Source of the DNA: Octopus sinensis | Taxonomy: Eukaryota | Direction of reading: 5' to 3' | NCBI RefSeq assembly: GCF_006345805.1 | Contig: NC_043010.1 | Location: 1,674,001 to 1,738,000 of the forward strand | DNA: 64,000 nt | Part shown: positions 38,745 to 53,210 of the stretch, piece by piece | Layout: every line of letters begins with the position of its first letter | How positions within the stretch are numbered: the stretch's first letter is position 1 | Made by a program: the position numbers and the translations under genes | Notes under the pieces: model-generated | The model's input: only the letters and a program-made list of their open reading frames with translations | Databases searched by the model: none | What the model was told of the DNA's origin: nothing

Positions 38745-38965
38745 TGTTCTTTCACGCGTTTCAGTCATTTTGACTGCGGCCATGATGGAGCACCGCCTTC
38801 AATGGCCTTAGTCGAAGAAATCTACCCCCAGGAATTATTCTTTTTAGGCCAAGTACTTATTCTATCGGTCACTTTTGCCGAACCGCTGAGTTATGAGCAC
38901 ATAAACACACCAACGTCGGTTGCTAAGCGATGAGGGTGGTGGTGGTGGTGAGGACAAACAGATAC
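38745..38965 (-). mobile_element. SINE family C tail half
   Basis: tttgactgcggccatgatggagcaccgcc...ttttgccgaaccgctgagtta. Confidence 0.8.
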
Positions 38966-39362
38966 AAAGACATACACATACATAATACATACGTACATAC
39001 GTACGTACGTACGTATGTATGTATGTATGTATGTATGTATGTATGTATGCATGCATGCATGTATGTATGTATGTATGTATGTATGTATTTATGTATGTAT
39101 GTATGTATGTATGTATGCATGCATGCATGCATGTATGCATGTATGTATGTATGCATGCATGCATGTATGCATGTATGCATGTATGTATGTATGTATGTAT
39201 GTAACAGGTTTTGTAGAATTTTCTGCTGCTTTAAATAAAACATATTACTCTACCATTGGTATTTGAGTACTTTGCCGTTCATTCTTTCGATGTAACCAAT
39301 TTAGCTCCTCTCCCTAACTTGCTGGCCTTGTGCCAAAATTTGAAACCAATATATATTTCTCA

Positions 39363-39593
39363 TTTCTTTATTACCCACAAGGGGCTAAACACAGAGGGGA
39401 CAAACAAGGACAGACAAAGGGATTAAGTCGAATAAATCGACTCCAGTGCATAACTGGTGCTTAATTTATCGACCCCGAAAGGATGAAAGGCAAAGTCGAC
39501 CTCGGTGGAATTTGAACTCAGAACGCAGCGGCGGACGAAATACCACAATGCATTTCGCCCGGCGTGCTAACGATTCTGCCAGCTCGCCGCCTT
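39363..39593 (-). mobile_element. SINE family A monomer
   Basis: Full head-centre-tail match. Confidence 0.88.
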
Positions 39594-40421
39594 ACCAATG
39601 AAACCAATAAATATTTCTATGGCTGTCAGAGAAGAAGAAGCAGTATCTCTGGTTCTTAGAAACGACTCTGGAATTGGTACGGAAGTGGAGGCGGCGAAAA
39701 ACCATGACTGATATGGCGCATCAGGGAAAAGTAGTATATCAAAATATCGAATTATACACAAACCGTTGACCCCCTCGTTTTAATGCTGGCAATAAAATGG
39801 ACTGAACTAAAGGTATTCAAAAGCTAAGGGAGGAACTTAAGCCGACTAACGAATTAGATCAATCGGCTAAGGAAGTATAAAATCCATATAACTGCCTTCT
39901 GCGCAGGTCTGGTTGGATTATCTTAAAGAAATTTTGAGAATGACGTCAGAACATTTACTGAGGGAAGACTCAAAAGTGAAAGTAAAATCAAATTTATTAT
40001 AAAACTAGTTTTGGTAGTTTTTACTGGGTCTGCATGTTCGACTGACGGTTTATGCAACCATACTACACACATACACAGACAGACACACACATACACACAC
40101 ACACACATACATACATACACACGCACACATGCAGGAGCGCATACACGTATGTAAACATATCTAATACATTAATATACATAAACATACATATATGCATACG
40201 TATATATATGCACACACGCGCGCGCGCATACAGGATAGAAACAATGAACACAGAATGAAGGAAGGCAACACAGAAAGACAAGTTTTAAGAAATATTGCAT
40301 TCGCTTAACGCTTAAAAGGAAGTGGAATAGTCGTTACATTTCGGACGGTAGACCTTCATCAGAAGAAAAGTAGAGAAGAAAAGTGTTGGAGAGCGAAAGA
40401 GAAATAGTGGCTGGAGATTCA

Positions 40422-40795
40422 TTGATCTGTGGCCATGCTGGGGTACTGCTTTGAAAGGGCTTAGCCGAGCAAACCGACCTCAGTACTTATCTTTTTAACT
40501 CTATACTTATTATATCGGTATCGTTTATCAAACCGCTAAGTTGTGAGTTATAAACAAACCAATACCGGTTGTCAAGTGTTGGTGGTAGTGGTGGTGGTGG
40601 TGGTGGTTGTGGTGGGGAATGCAAAGGTACGAACGCATACGTATATGCATACACACAATAGGCTTCCGCACAGTTTCCTTCTACCAAATTTACTGAAAAT
40701 GCATTCGTCGGCCCGGAGACATTGTAGGAGCCACTCGTCCTAGGTGCCGCACAGTAGGGTTGAATCGGAAACCACGTGACTGCAAACCAAGCCCA
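40422..40795 (-). mobile_element. diverged SINE family C copy
   Basis: Tail ggccatgctgggg..., ccggttgtcaag; head ctaccaaat...gtcggcccgg. Confidence 0.65.
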
Positions 40796-41011
40796 TGGCT
40801 ACATATCGTGAAAAACAAAAGGAAAAAGAATATTTCTGCGAAAGAGAATTATTGTGGTAAGGGAGAGTAAGCGAGAGGGAGAGAGAGAGAGGAGAGGGAA
40901 AAGAGAGAGAGAAGGTATGGGAGAGAGAGAGAGAGAGAGAGAGTAAAGAATAAATAGTTACAAAAGGGGAGTGAGTGATTGGGAAGAAAAGGAATAGTAA
41001 GAACTGTGTAC

Positions 41012-41241
41012 CTTGGGTACTGCAGGTAAAGGCTTTGCATAAGATGTAAAACTATTCCTCATTGGTAAATTCCAGTGCTGTGAAGGGATGTTGGGACTGG
41101 CACTGGTCACCCGGATTGACTTCAAGTCAATGACGTCATTGGATGTTGGGTTCGGGCAGATATTACCTTCGTTTGAACCCTTTGTGGTCGGATTGGTATG
41201 TTTACCTCGGCTGAGTGTATGTAACTGGGAAGACTTATGCC
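41012..41241 (-). CDS. internal coding exon, phase 1 to 0, Ser/Thr/Pro-rich segment ending YAKPLPAVPK
   Basis: Acceptor ttcttcttatgattgcag, donor aag|gtacac, 230-nt open frame (HKSSQLHTLSRGKHTNPTTKGSNEGNICPNPTSNDVIDLKSIRVTSASPNIPSQHWNLPMRNSFTSYAKPLPAVPK), phase-compatible with the 52.4-kb exon. Confidence 0.55.
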
Positions 41242-41571
41242 CTGCAATCATAAGAAGAAGAATACCGACATGAGAAGAAAGTAAAAAAATAAAACGGTAA
41301 AAAGGAACCAGAAGAGAAAAACAATAGGAAGGAGCAGGTGGGAGCAGAAGAAATGTGAGAGAATGGAGAAGGGGAAGAAGGGTTGCAATAAATACCGACA
41401 TCATTTTTAATTCAGTTAAGTTTGAGTTGATCAAGATAATTTGAATAAAATAGATAAATGCGCATTCATCAGAGAAACATATGCAGACGTGTGCATATGT
41501 GTATGTATGTATGTATGTATGAATGTATGTATGTATGTATGTATGCATGTATGTATGTATGTATGTATGTA

Positions 41572-41619
<48 letters not shown>

Positions 41620-41708
41620 ATTATTATTTGAAGGAATATTAATCCTAACTTACAGGGGAAAAATTCAATTTAGAAATACTAAATCAAACATATATATAAA
41701 GAGAGAGA

Positions 41709-41755
<47 letters not shown>

Positions 41756-41794
41756 ATGGACTAAGCGGAGCAAAAGCATACACTAGGACGAAAA

Positions 41795-41840
41795 GTGCCA
41801 CTGAAGAGGTCACAGATGTGTGACGAAAGATTTCCGGACA
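41795..41840 (+). other. hammerhead-like motif with extra nucleotide, decayed helices I and III
   Basis: CUGAAGA-G-GUCACA gaug UGUGAC-GAA-AGAUUU-C; perfect 6-bp helix II; AATAAA about 30 nt downstream. Confidence 0.5.
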
Positions 41841-41914
41841 ATGAACATGAGTTCAAATAAGAACAGTAATAAACGAGTGAAGAACGAATATATAGTGCGT
41901 GTGTTTATTTTTTT

Positions 41915-42458
41915 ATATTTTACTTGTTTCATTAGACTGTGGCCATGCTGGGGCACTGCCTTGAAGAATTTTTAGTCGAATGAATCGACCTCACTAAGTA
42001 TTTTTCTTTTAATCTGTTACGTCTTATATCGGTTCTGTTAAGCTGTGAGATTTGTTGTCAAACGGTGGTGGGGGACGAACACAGACACAAAGAAACATGC
42101 GGGCACACACACACACATGTGTGTGCGCCCACGTGTTTGTGTGTGTGTGTGTGTGTGTGTGCGCCCACGTGTTTGTGTGTGTGTGTATAAATACGACAGG
42201 CATCCTTCAGATTCCGTGAACCAAATCCACTCACAAGGCCTTAGTCGGTCCGAGACTATAATAGAAGACACATGCCCAAGGCACCGCGCAGTGGGACTGA
42301 ACCCGAAACCATGTGGTTGGGAAACAAGCTTCTTTATTTCATTATATTGGCAATAAGGCCTTACACAGAGAAAGAAAGCTACGGGCTGGACATAGACATA
42401 ATGTTATATGAAATGAAAATGGAAGTCAGCTTCTTACCACGCAGCCACGCCTGCGCCT
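41915..42458 (-). mobile_element. SINE family C, full length, about 100-bp insert in the head
   Basis: Tail tttacttgtttcattagactgtggccatg; head split at aagcttct. Confidence 0.75.
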
Positions 42459-43487
42459 ATTGATAAACTGACTTGACCTTCAGTGCTAGTTGCAGAATGC
42501 ACACAAATCTGATTTTCTCTATTGAATCTTGTCCCCTTTTTTGTTTTATTTAAGTAATACCAACCGTTTTCATTAAAATGTTAATATATTTGTTTCAATC
42601 CACCTAAAATTTTCCTTTTCTTTTTTCCCATTTTCAGCCCTTGGGAAAAACTTGAATATATTAACCATTCTCTCGTCATCTTCCCTGCATCTCTCGCCAT
42701 TCCATCAGTTATTTACATATTTATACACCTTACATTTTCCAGTTCACATCAACATTCGTTTCTGATGAATACATATTTTCTTCATTACGATACTCTACAT
42801 ATTATATCTCTTGTTATCTTTAGTCAAGCAACGAACGGTCGTCTTCCTATTACATTTCTCTCTCTCTCACTCACTACCCCATTCTCTCCATCTCTTTCTA
42901 TCTACTCTCTCTCCCTCTTTCTCTCGCATGTTCCGTTCTTTTTACTGGCCTGTGTGTTTCTGCTTTAGATCTCTCTATCTTTTTATCAGCTCAAAACCCC
43001 CATCTTTCGTCAACCATATTTTGTCTAACGACATCGTTCTCACGGTCTGCATCCATACGTATTCGACAGTATAATACGTTTCTTACCCTCTCTTTTATGT
43101 CTCGTCTTATATCTAAATTTTACATTGTAAACGTTTAAATCTTACGATCTGAGTATTCATAAGTCTCATTTAACCAAATATATTATAGTGGAGTGAGGGT
43201 GGAATCTCTGATAAAACCCTTAGTCCTACCGAAAAAGCGTAGCACGAAATTCGAAATAACGACGGTATAAAATCTGAGACTAAATTGCTATTATTTGTTA
43301 CTCCATGTATTGATTATTTTCTCCTTTCTTCATTCTCACACCCACACCCACACACACACACACACACACACACAACACACACAAATACATACACACAAAT
43401 ACATACACACACAAAACCTATAAACACATAAACACAATACACTCACACACAAATATATATGTATATACACACATCATACATTCATAC

Positions 43488-43536
<49 letters not shown>

Positions 43537-43708
43537 TATACATATATACGTGAGCGTTTACATCTTCATAGGTGTGCGTGTGTGTTTATGTGAGGGTATG
43601 TGTGTGTGTGCGTGTGTGAATCCGTGTGTGAGTGAGTGCATGTGTGTGTACGTATGCATGTAACATACATGAATATATATAAATATTTGTACATATATAT
43701 ATATATAC

Positions 43709-43749
<41 letters not shown>

Positions 43750-43770
43750 CACACACATGTATATATACAT

Positions 43771-43806
<36 letters not shown>

Positions 43807-44673
43807 GTATATATATAAACTGCGTGCATGTGTAGTATATATGAGCCAATAATAGCCTTCCCTCTCCCCCCCTCCCTCCACATGCCTGCAAGTAGATTGT
43901 CACAGCTAATATTGTCATGTTTCTTTCCATTATCAACATCTTCCGTTTTTTACACTCTCCATACCCAAATTCTCCTTCTCTCCCTTCTTCTATTTCTTCT
44001 TTCTACTGCAAGAATGTTCTCGAAGACAGTTAAGGCGAAGAACATTTACCATTTCGATTGTCGAACTAATTTTATCTCAAATAGAACTGCTTGTCAGTCT
44101 TATCTTCCTGCTTTTAAGTTTAGCTTTTTTGTCTTCACTCTTTTTATACACTATCTTTCTTAAGCAAAATGTTATGTACAAATGTATGTATGTATGTATG
44201 TATATATGTATGTATGTATGTATTTATGTATGTATGTATTTATGTATGTATGTATGTATGTATGTATTTATGTATGTATGCATCTATCTATGTATGTACG
44301 TACGCTTGTGTGTAAGCATATATGAGAATGTATGTATGCTTATATGCTTCTATGTAGGTATGAATGAGTGTATGCATATACGTAAGTATGTGTGTGTATG
44401 TAAGTATGTATGTATTTAAGTATGCATGTATGCATGTATGTATTTGTGTATGAAAAGGTATTTATTTTTTAGTATTACCGTATGTATTTAACTGAGTGTG
44501 CATCTATACATGTATATATAAATATATATACATGTATGTATGTATGTATATATGTATGTATGAACAGATGTATATATGTATATATAAATAGAGGTATATA
44601 TATGGATATATGAATACATAAACATATGTATATATTTGTGTGTGTATACCTATATACATATGCGTGTGTATAT

Positions 44674-44732
<59 letters not shown>

Positions 44733-44885
44733 ATGTATACACACACACACACATATATATATATACAGCATACAGACATATGTAAAAATGCAAATTTATA
44801 GTATATACAAATATGTGTGTGTGTGTATAATATATATGTATGCTTATGTGTAAATTATATATATATATGTATGTTTAGAAGTATG

Positions 44886-44927
<42 letters not shown>

Positions 44928-44965
44928 TGTATGTAAATCTGATTGTGCGTGCCTGTGCATGTGAG

Positions 44966-44996
<31 letters not shown>

Positions 44997-45602
44997 TGTC
45001 TGTGTGTGTGCATGTGTATTATGTATAAATATGAGCTGTCTGTATATTTAGAGAGAAACTACTGCTTTATCGGGAGACAACAAAATGGACAGCCACCAAA
45101 TCATATATTTTATTATTCACCATCTGTTGTTTGACAATTATTTTAATATATAACGCAGCAATGACGTTTCCAATTTAATTTTTAAATGTTCATATTCCTT
45201 GCGAAAATAAAAAAAACCTATTTCCATCGTCTGCAGCAACATTTCCATCGGGTGCAGAATTCACCGCTGTTGATGATGATGATGATGATGATGAAGTGTG
45301 TGTGTGTCACAGCCTGCACCGATTGATGCAATACAACTCGACGCACAATATCCTACCACTTAGGGACAGCTGTCGATGGGTTGAAACGATCCTCGTGTGG
45401 AATAAAGATTCGTACTAAATCCACCTTCCGTTTCTTTCATCAATTATAAACTCAATAAACAATGCGGATTTTCTGACGAAGATCCAGTGAAGATTATTTC
45501 GTAAATGTGGTTGACATCAGGTAGCCCAAAACGGCAAACGTGCTTTAATCAACATACTAATAGACATATACCCAAAGTCCAAATAGTTACTAATATACAT
45601 AT

Positions 45603-45667
<65 letters not shown>

Positions 45668-45670
<3 letters not shown>

Positions 45671-45830
45671 GTGTTGGACAAAATAATGGAAACACCTTAA
45701 AATTTCAAAGAAATTTATTTTAAAATGGTGTAGGACCGTCTTTGGCAGTAATTACACCTTAAATTCTACGAGGTATGGACTCGTACAATGTTTGAATTGT
45801 TTCCAAATGAATGTTTGTCTATTCTTCAGC
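45668..45830 (-). mobile_element. Tc1-like element 3' end
   Basis: TA|CAGGTGTTGGACAAAATAATGGAAACACC end; minus strand reads ETIQTLYESIPRRI*GVITAKDGPTPF*, the Tc1 C-terminus. Confidence 0.78.
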
Positions 45831-46961
45831 TACATATATATGTTAATGTGCTTGTGTATGTGTATACACACACACATATATATTTGTGTGTGTTGTGTGT
45901 GTGTGTGTGTGTGAATGCATCTTTACATAGCTAAGCCAACATGACTCGAGGTATAAAGGTATGTATGTATGCATGTATGTATATATGTACGTATGTTCCT
46001 CATATGTATATCAGAAAATTTGATGAAATGTTCACAGTTAATAGTATTACGTTGACACTTCCAAAAAGTGTCAAACGTTTACAAAGTAAAATTTAAAGGT
46101 TAAAAATTTAACGTTTCGGACATAGTCATTCTTCAGATATTAGAGTAAATCAAGAGAAGACTGGTGACGGATGAAGAACGGAAGCGAGATTCAAAAGAGG
46201 AAAGCCAGAAAAAATGCTCGGAAGTGATGTTCTAATGTTCTTAGGAGTTTGAGAGGTAAATTTAGTTTTAATGGCAAAAGTGTAAAAGAGGAAATCTCGT
46301 TGGTGTGTATGTTTGCTTGCGTATGTGAAAGGTTACATGTATATATATATATATATAATATATATATATATAATATATATATATATAATATATATATATA
46401 CATATATATACATACATTCATACATACATACATACATACATACATACATACATACATACATACATACATACATAATACATACATACATACACACAACGCG
46501 CACGCAGAATTCCATATATTGTATATATAAATTTATGCTTATGTATGTTAAGAAGTTCGCTTCGCAGTTGTATTGTGTGATGTCTTTAGCAGGTGCATTT
46601 GCCACACCATCGAGTTGACATGATTCTTGTGAGTTAATTCGGGTCGACGGAAACTGTATCGAAGCACATCGGATGGACTACACAAGTCCATCCTCGTCAC
46701 ATTTCTAGCACTTTCGTTTTACGTTAAAGCTACGCGCATTTTGAGGATGCTGGACCACTTTGAACAAACTAATTCTATAACCTGGTGTATCCAGTTGAAT
46801 GAATACACCAACTATTCATACGTCCGAATCGACGACAGACTCAGACGTGCCAACAAAGGCATACATACGTACATACGTACATACATACATACATACATAC
46901 ATACATACATACATACATACATACATACATACATACATACATACATACATACATACATACA

Positions 46962-46995
<34 letters not shown>

Positions 46996-47399
46996 CAACA
47001 GGACTTACTATATGCCCAATTAATAGCGTTATGCTTGGTATATACAAAGCCACGGATATTGTATGTGCTTAACATGAAAATAGTAAGTATTTACTGAATT
47101 ACAAGGTGAACGCTGCGCATTCATTTAGTATTTTAGCAGTTTTTTTAATGAATTGAAATATATATATGTATATATATTTATCTCTGTATCTGTCTGTTTG
47201 CCTCTATCTGTCAAACTATCAATCTATATATCTATTTCTTTCTCTATCTATCTGTCTATCTGTTTATCTATCAATCAACCTACGAATCAATATATCTATC
47301 AATCTATCGATCAATATAGTTACCTACCTATCTGTCTATCTACCTATTTACCTACCTATCTACCTCCCTACAAACCTACTTTATTTCATAAATTGGTCA

Positions 47400-48300
47400 T
47401 ACAGCCTTACAGAGATGTAACTGCGGGCTGGACAAGGACACAAATGATAATGGATGAAAAAAATGAAAAGACAATGGGTGGGGGAAGCAGACTACGCTCC
47501 ACCGATTGCTGCTTCCCGAAAACATTGTTCTCTTTTTCTCAACAACACAAAATGAGGCATTGAACCTCTTATCAAAATTCAAAGAATGGACGCAATTTTC
47601 CTTACAAGTTGAGGCGCTGAGCCTCTTACCAAAAAATAACAAATTCAAGTTTCCAATCAAGGCACTAAGGCCTCTTACCTTTCCTCCCCGACCAGTCAAT
47701 ATGCCTCCCGCAGGCAATCCTGCAGTTCGAAATCGGGGCTCCAGAAAGCAAAACTGTCTTGGTCCTTGAGAAAGGAGTCTATTACCCTGAACATATTCTT
47801 CATTATGACTTCCGCAGTTACCTGCGGAGGCCAATCCGTGTCTTCAGTCCAGCACAGGACCCCCTCCCTCCGGCTCTCTAGCTTCTTCACAAAGCTTTGT
47901 ATAGCTCCTCCCTTATGAAAGAAGATCACAAAATCATCCTTCATCCTAATGGGAGGGGGGTCAGTCTCCTCCGTCGGTGGCACAATTCCCATCTACGGGG
48001 TTTCAGGACATGTCGGCAGTGTACTACTAACCGCCGGCAATGGCCCATTCTTCTTCTTCTTTTTCTCCCTTGTGCTACGGCAGGGTGTAGTTCTTCCGCT
48101 CTATCCGGAGGATCTTCCCTCCTGCCCGCAGGCAAGCATTGTTGCCCACCTTCTTCCTTGTTTTCCTTTTTTCGAGGAGGTTTCTGCCTCCTCGACTGCC
48201 GCCATAGCATTTTTCCGATGGCCATATAACTGAGAAGATGGCAACGTGGATTTCCACCTCGGCATCCGAAACTCGCAGTTTTATCATGGCTACCAAATAA
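47400..48300 (-). other. GC-rich, repeat-free segment with overlapping broken ORFs, possible retroelement ORF1 relic
   Basis: Higher GC, no microsatellites, several protein-like minus-strand frames; no diagnostic domain recognised. Confidence 0.3.
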
Positions 48301-48832
48301 TTTCCACATATTACATTTGCAGATAAATTCCTCTATTTACATAATATCGAGGTCTCTTTTTTTCTTTTGTTGTCTTTCCATTTTTATCAATATATATTAT
48401 ATATATATATATAGAGTCATCCCGCCATGTTGGACCGCTGAACTCTACACAGTTTTTCTCTCTCAGCTCTTTTCGTTCTCCATTTTCCCTCATACTCCTT
48501 TCTGTCGATGAGCGTAGGTTCGAAACGGAAAAGACTTTTCCATTTTTCCCCAGCGTTAAACTAACAAACCTGCTTGTTATTCCTACTACTCTCTTCATCT
48601 TTTGTTTTTTTGTTGTTTTTTTTTAATAAATTTGAACTACACACACACACATACACACACGCCCGCCCGCCCGCACACACAGATATACATATACCTCCAC
48701 ATTCACACATACATACTTTGTGTGCGCGAGCGAGTGTGTGTGATTACGTGTGAATATTTATAGTCGAATAGTTGTATAAATAATTTTGTATGTTTGAGAA
48801 TGCGTTTGATTATGCATACCTGTTTCTCTTCC

Positions 48833-48875
<43 letters not shown>

Positions 48876-49519
48876 CTGTCCATATGTCCTTCCCACTCAT
48901 AAGCCTCTTCGTCTTCCATTTCTTATCTCTTCGCCTTTCTTTCTCTCTCCTTTGCTCTAACTCTCTTCCCCTCTCTCTTACCTTTACACTCTTTATCTCT
49001 CCACATCATCTATTATCGAAGTATGACAGGCTGTCATATGTATATATAGTTGTACGTATTCCCACAGTGACGCCAGTGGGCCGCCGTACAATCCCAAAAG
49101 ACACCAATGAATTACTGATAAGCCACTGGATATGTTACTTACACGAACATCAATGAATATTCAGATTACACCTAATTAACTATTCACACAATAATTTTCA
49201 GATTGCAATATGGATGGACATTCGGAACACTTTCTGTATTGCATATTATGTATTTTCTATTTCTTTGTTAGGGTTTGTGTTGTTATTGTTGTTATTACAC
49301 TTTACTTGTTTATTTGTTGTTAGTCAGTTTCCATTCGATGTTTTTCCTATATTATACTCCATGTAAAACTCCATCAAAGTCAGTACTACCATCTCTATCG
49401 ATGACGACGCCACTACAATCACGACCACCATCACAGCCATCACCACCACGACAACCACCACTAGCTATGAATTTTTTCTTTTAATGTAATCCCATCTTTC
49501 GCCCATGTGACAAATAAAG

Positions 49520-49608
49520 ACATCATCATCATCACTATTATCATCATCATCATCATCATCATTATTATTATTATTATCATTATCATCATCATCATCATCA
49601 TCATCACC

Positions 49609-49658
<50 letters not shown>

Positions 49659-49670
49659 TATTATTATTAC
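49520..49670. repeat. (CAT)n/(TAT)n array
   Basis: Directly visible. Confidence 0.95.
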
Positions 49671-50479
49671 TGAGTGAGTGTGCAGTGCATGCCATCAAAG
49701 TAAAACTGGGGTAAAATATACGAAGTCCAGTATACCCATCATGATTACCCGGGTACACCAGATACATCATGCGTCACAACCATATGTGCGCGACATGAGG
49801 ATCTCATATCAAAATAAACAGCTCATGGCTTGTAGGTGGGGCCCAGTTAGAATTTTCTTCAAGTCGAGTAGCCCATCCCTCTCAACTGGTCCCTGAATAA
49901 GGGTTGTTTAAGGATGTTGAACGAAACACCCATGCTTCCAGAGGTGAATTATTCAAACCCCAAAGAATCCCTCTCAACACATGGCTATGATGTTCCCCCA
50001 CTACTTCTGCTCGTGATCAGAGATGCACATATCGTAAGTAACTAGGGTCTTCTATATTTGAGACTCACTAGTGGTAAAAGTGTGTCTCGATTACGTTTCT
50101 TACATAAATTAGTAACGAGGCTTTTATGTCACCGATCCTTAGGTGGACAATGCTAAACATAAATCTACACACACATTGACATACATATACATAGACATAC
50201 GCATACACAGATACATACACGCATACATTGATGTACACACATAAAATGCACATAGAGAGAGACACACACATAGACATATTCATGCATAGACATGCACACA
50301 GACATACACACACATCTACATAAACGTACATCAACGTATACACATATCGACGTATACACGCATAGACATACACGGAAATCGTTTGACACACACACATGCA
50401 TATACGCACGCACACACACACACATCGATAAATATACCCATCAACAGACACACAGACATATACATATTCTTTTCTAATC

Positions 50480-50854
50480 TAAGCACAAGCCCCGAAATTT
50501 TGGGGGAGGGGACGAGTCGGTTAGATCGACACCAGTATGCAACTGGTACTTAATTTATCGACCCCGAAAGGATGAAAGGCAAAGTCGACCTCGGTGGAAT
50601 TTGAACTCAGAACGTAAAGACAGACGAAATACCTATTTCTTTACTACCCACAAGGGGTTAAACACAGAGGAGACAAAACAAGGATAGACAAACGGATTAA
50701 GTCGATTGTATCGACCCCAGTGCGTAACTGGTACTTATTTAATCGACCCCGAAAGGATGAAAGGCAAAGTCTACCTCGGCGGAATTTGAACTCAGAACGT
50801 AGCGGCAGACGAAATACCGCTAAGCATTAGGCCCGGCATGCTAACGTTTCTGCC
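50480..50854 (-). mobile_element. SINE family A dimer; head continues at 51273-51296
   Basis: Head interrupted at acgtttctgcc by a nested insertion. Confidence 0.85.
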
Positions 50855-51272
<418 letters not shown>

Positions 51273-51502
51273 ACGTTTCTGCCAGCTCGCCGCCTTACAG
51301 ACAGACATATTGATTTACACCACCCTGCCTTTCCAAATCCTGTTTTAGAACAGGAAGGACGCTTCACGTAATTCGTTTTTGACATCCAAACGACAGTATG
51401 ATAACAGTTGGATCCCTTTGTTTATAAGCCGACGGATTGAGGCTGATCTAAGGTTAAGCAACATCATTAAGAAACTGAAGGAAAGAGAAATAGATTCTAC
51501 AT

Positions 51503-51750
51503 CAGTGTTACTCAACCATATTTTTCTTTTTTTATCTATGGACCCTTTTCATTCCCATTTTACTTGCATGGACCCCCCTAGCCATTCCATGTTTTAAAAA
51601 ATCATGTATCTCTATAATTAGATTTTAATAGGAATTGTATAAAAAAACGTCGAAACATTTTGTGCATAATCAATTTATTGCGTATAAACTTTAACAACAA
51701 AATCTTATGTGGATTCCCAGGGGCCACGTGAACCCCACTGACACCCACTG
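51503..51750 (+). mobile_element. hAT-like MITE with perfect 8-bp TSD
   Basis: CAGTG...CACTG ends; ttctacat at 51495-51502 and 51751-51758; related to the two MITEs at 52864 and 53388. Confidence 0.8.
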
Positions 51751-51955
51751 TTCTACATGGTAGCTTGATTGCTAGAGAAAACGGTGAAATTTCTTCTCAA
51801 TCACTTCCTACAGTCAATAAAATAGTTTAGAACACATTGGATAATGCAAGTCTTGGATTCAGTGTTTTAAGAGACGATCGAGACTGCCACGAGGCAAGAC
51901 GACAACAACAGCAACTACAACAACAACAATAGCCTGACAGAGAGATGTACACAGC

Positions 51956-51988
<33 letters not shown>

Positions 51989-52001
51989 AACAACCTCATA
52001 C

Positions 52002-52064
52002 AGATAGACGGTTTTACATAAATATCATGGCAGAAAGGATCCCACTTAGCAGGGTCCGTACTGA
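52002..52064 (-). CDS. candidate 63-nt symmetric exon (phase 1 to 1), STDPAKWDPFCHDIYVKPSI
   Basis: Strong acceptor ttctttttctctttctccag, donor tct|gtatga, open in the required phase. Confidence 0.4.
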
Positions 52065-52206
52065 CTGGAGAAAGAGAAAAAGAATTTGTGCTTTCAGAGG
52101 TAACAGAGGGAAACAGAAACCAACTTTCAGAGTTCACAGGGAAACACAAACACACACACACACACTCATACACACACACTCATACACACACACACACACA
52201 TACACG

Positions 52207-52253
<47 letters not shown>

Positions 52254-52424
52254 CAAGCTTCTACGATTCACAGAGAGAAAGAGAAGGAAAGAGACAACAA
52301 TCTTCTAAAATCGATACGGAAACGCACAAATAAAATGTTCTGTTTTCACACAGGAACAGTCTAAGAAGCAAAGCAGCAAAACACCGAACGAAAACAATAT
52401 CCAACAAACCAAAAGACGACATAC

Positions 52425-52554
52425 CTGGTAATTCCTCATAGAGTCTTGCATCTCTGTTAAGTAAACCTTTACCGCTGTAAGAATTTGAGAGAGTAGCAAC
52501 TGTACGGTTCTCTTTTTCGACATCAGGTGCCGCTGCTATGCGTTGAGGGGTTTT
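52425..52554 (-). CDS. internal coding exon, phase 0 to 1, KTPQRIAAAPDVEKENRTVATLSNSYSGKGLLNRDARLYEELP
   Basis: Acceptor cgtttctcttcag, donor cag|gtatgt; only one of three frames is open. Confidence 0.62.
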
Positions 52555-52863
52555 CTGAAGAGAAACGGTTGTAACTTAAGGATAGCAAATAAAATGCTGG
52601 TCCTTGATCAAATGTCTGTTTGTCGTGCGTTTGTCTGTTTGTATGCTTGTCTATCAACGGTGAGATGAGGAGAAATTAGCAGCCTCTAATCCCTTGCTGA
52701 TTTCATATGAGAAATAGCGAAGTAATCATTAATCTTTGATTAAAGCTATGTCTGTTTCTCAACAAAGGGATCAGACCCAAGCCACATTTTAACTTTGAAA
52801 GATGAAAGGAAACTTCTTTTAACCTTTAATCTTTTACTTGTTTCATTGTTTCATTTATTAGAT

Positions 52864-53210
52864 AAGGTATTTTCAACCATTATTTTTATCTATGGACCCC
52901 TTTCCTCATTATTTTGTTCTGGTGGTCCCCATAGACATTCGATGTTTAAAGCTAGTTTTAGAAGATCCTTCTTTCAAAATTCCAATTTTCACACATTAAC
53001 TTGTGTAGGTTGAACTTAGTAAAATGCTAGGGAAAGAAACCGAGCTGTTTCTTGCAATACATACCAACACATACATCTAATGCAACACTTTTTCGGGGGG
53101 GGGGCTTAAAATACTATTGTGGGTCCCCAATTTGCTATTTTGTTGTGCGGACCCCCAAAAGTCTTATATGAACCATCAAGGGCTATTTGGACCTCGGTTC
53201 AGAACCACTA
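52864..53210 (+). mobile_element. hAT-like MITE, copy in tandem unit 1
   Basis: aaggtattttcaacc...ggttcagaaccacta; homologous to 53388-53746. Confidence 0.72.

Noticed and set aside
39567-39761. Minus-strand exon candidate after 41012
   Set aside because: The apparent GTAAG donor is simply the 5' end of a SINE A copy; the acceptor is mediocre.
49670-50045. Unique-looking block that may be a common octopus repeat
   Set aside because: Single copy in the window with no diagnostic ends, so it cannot be supported from the sequence alone.
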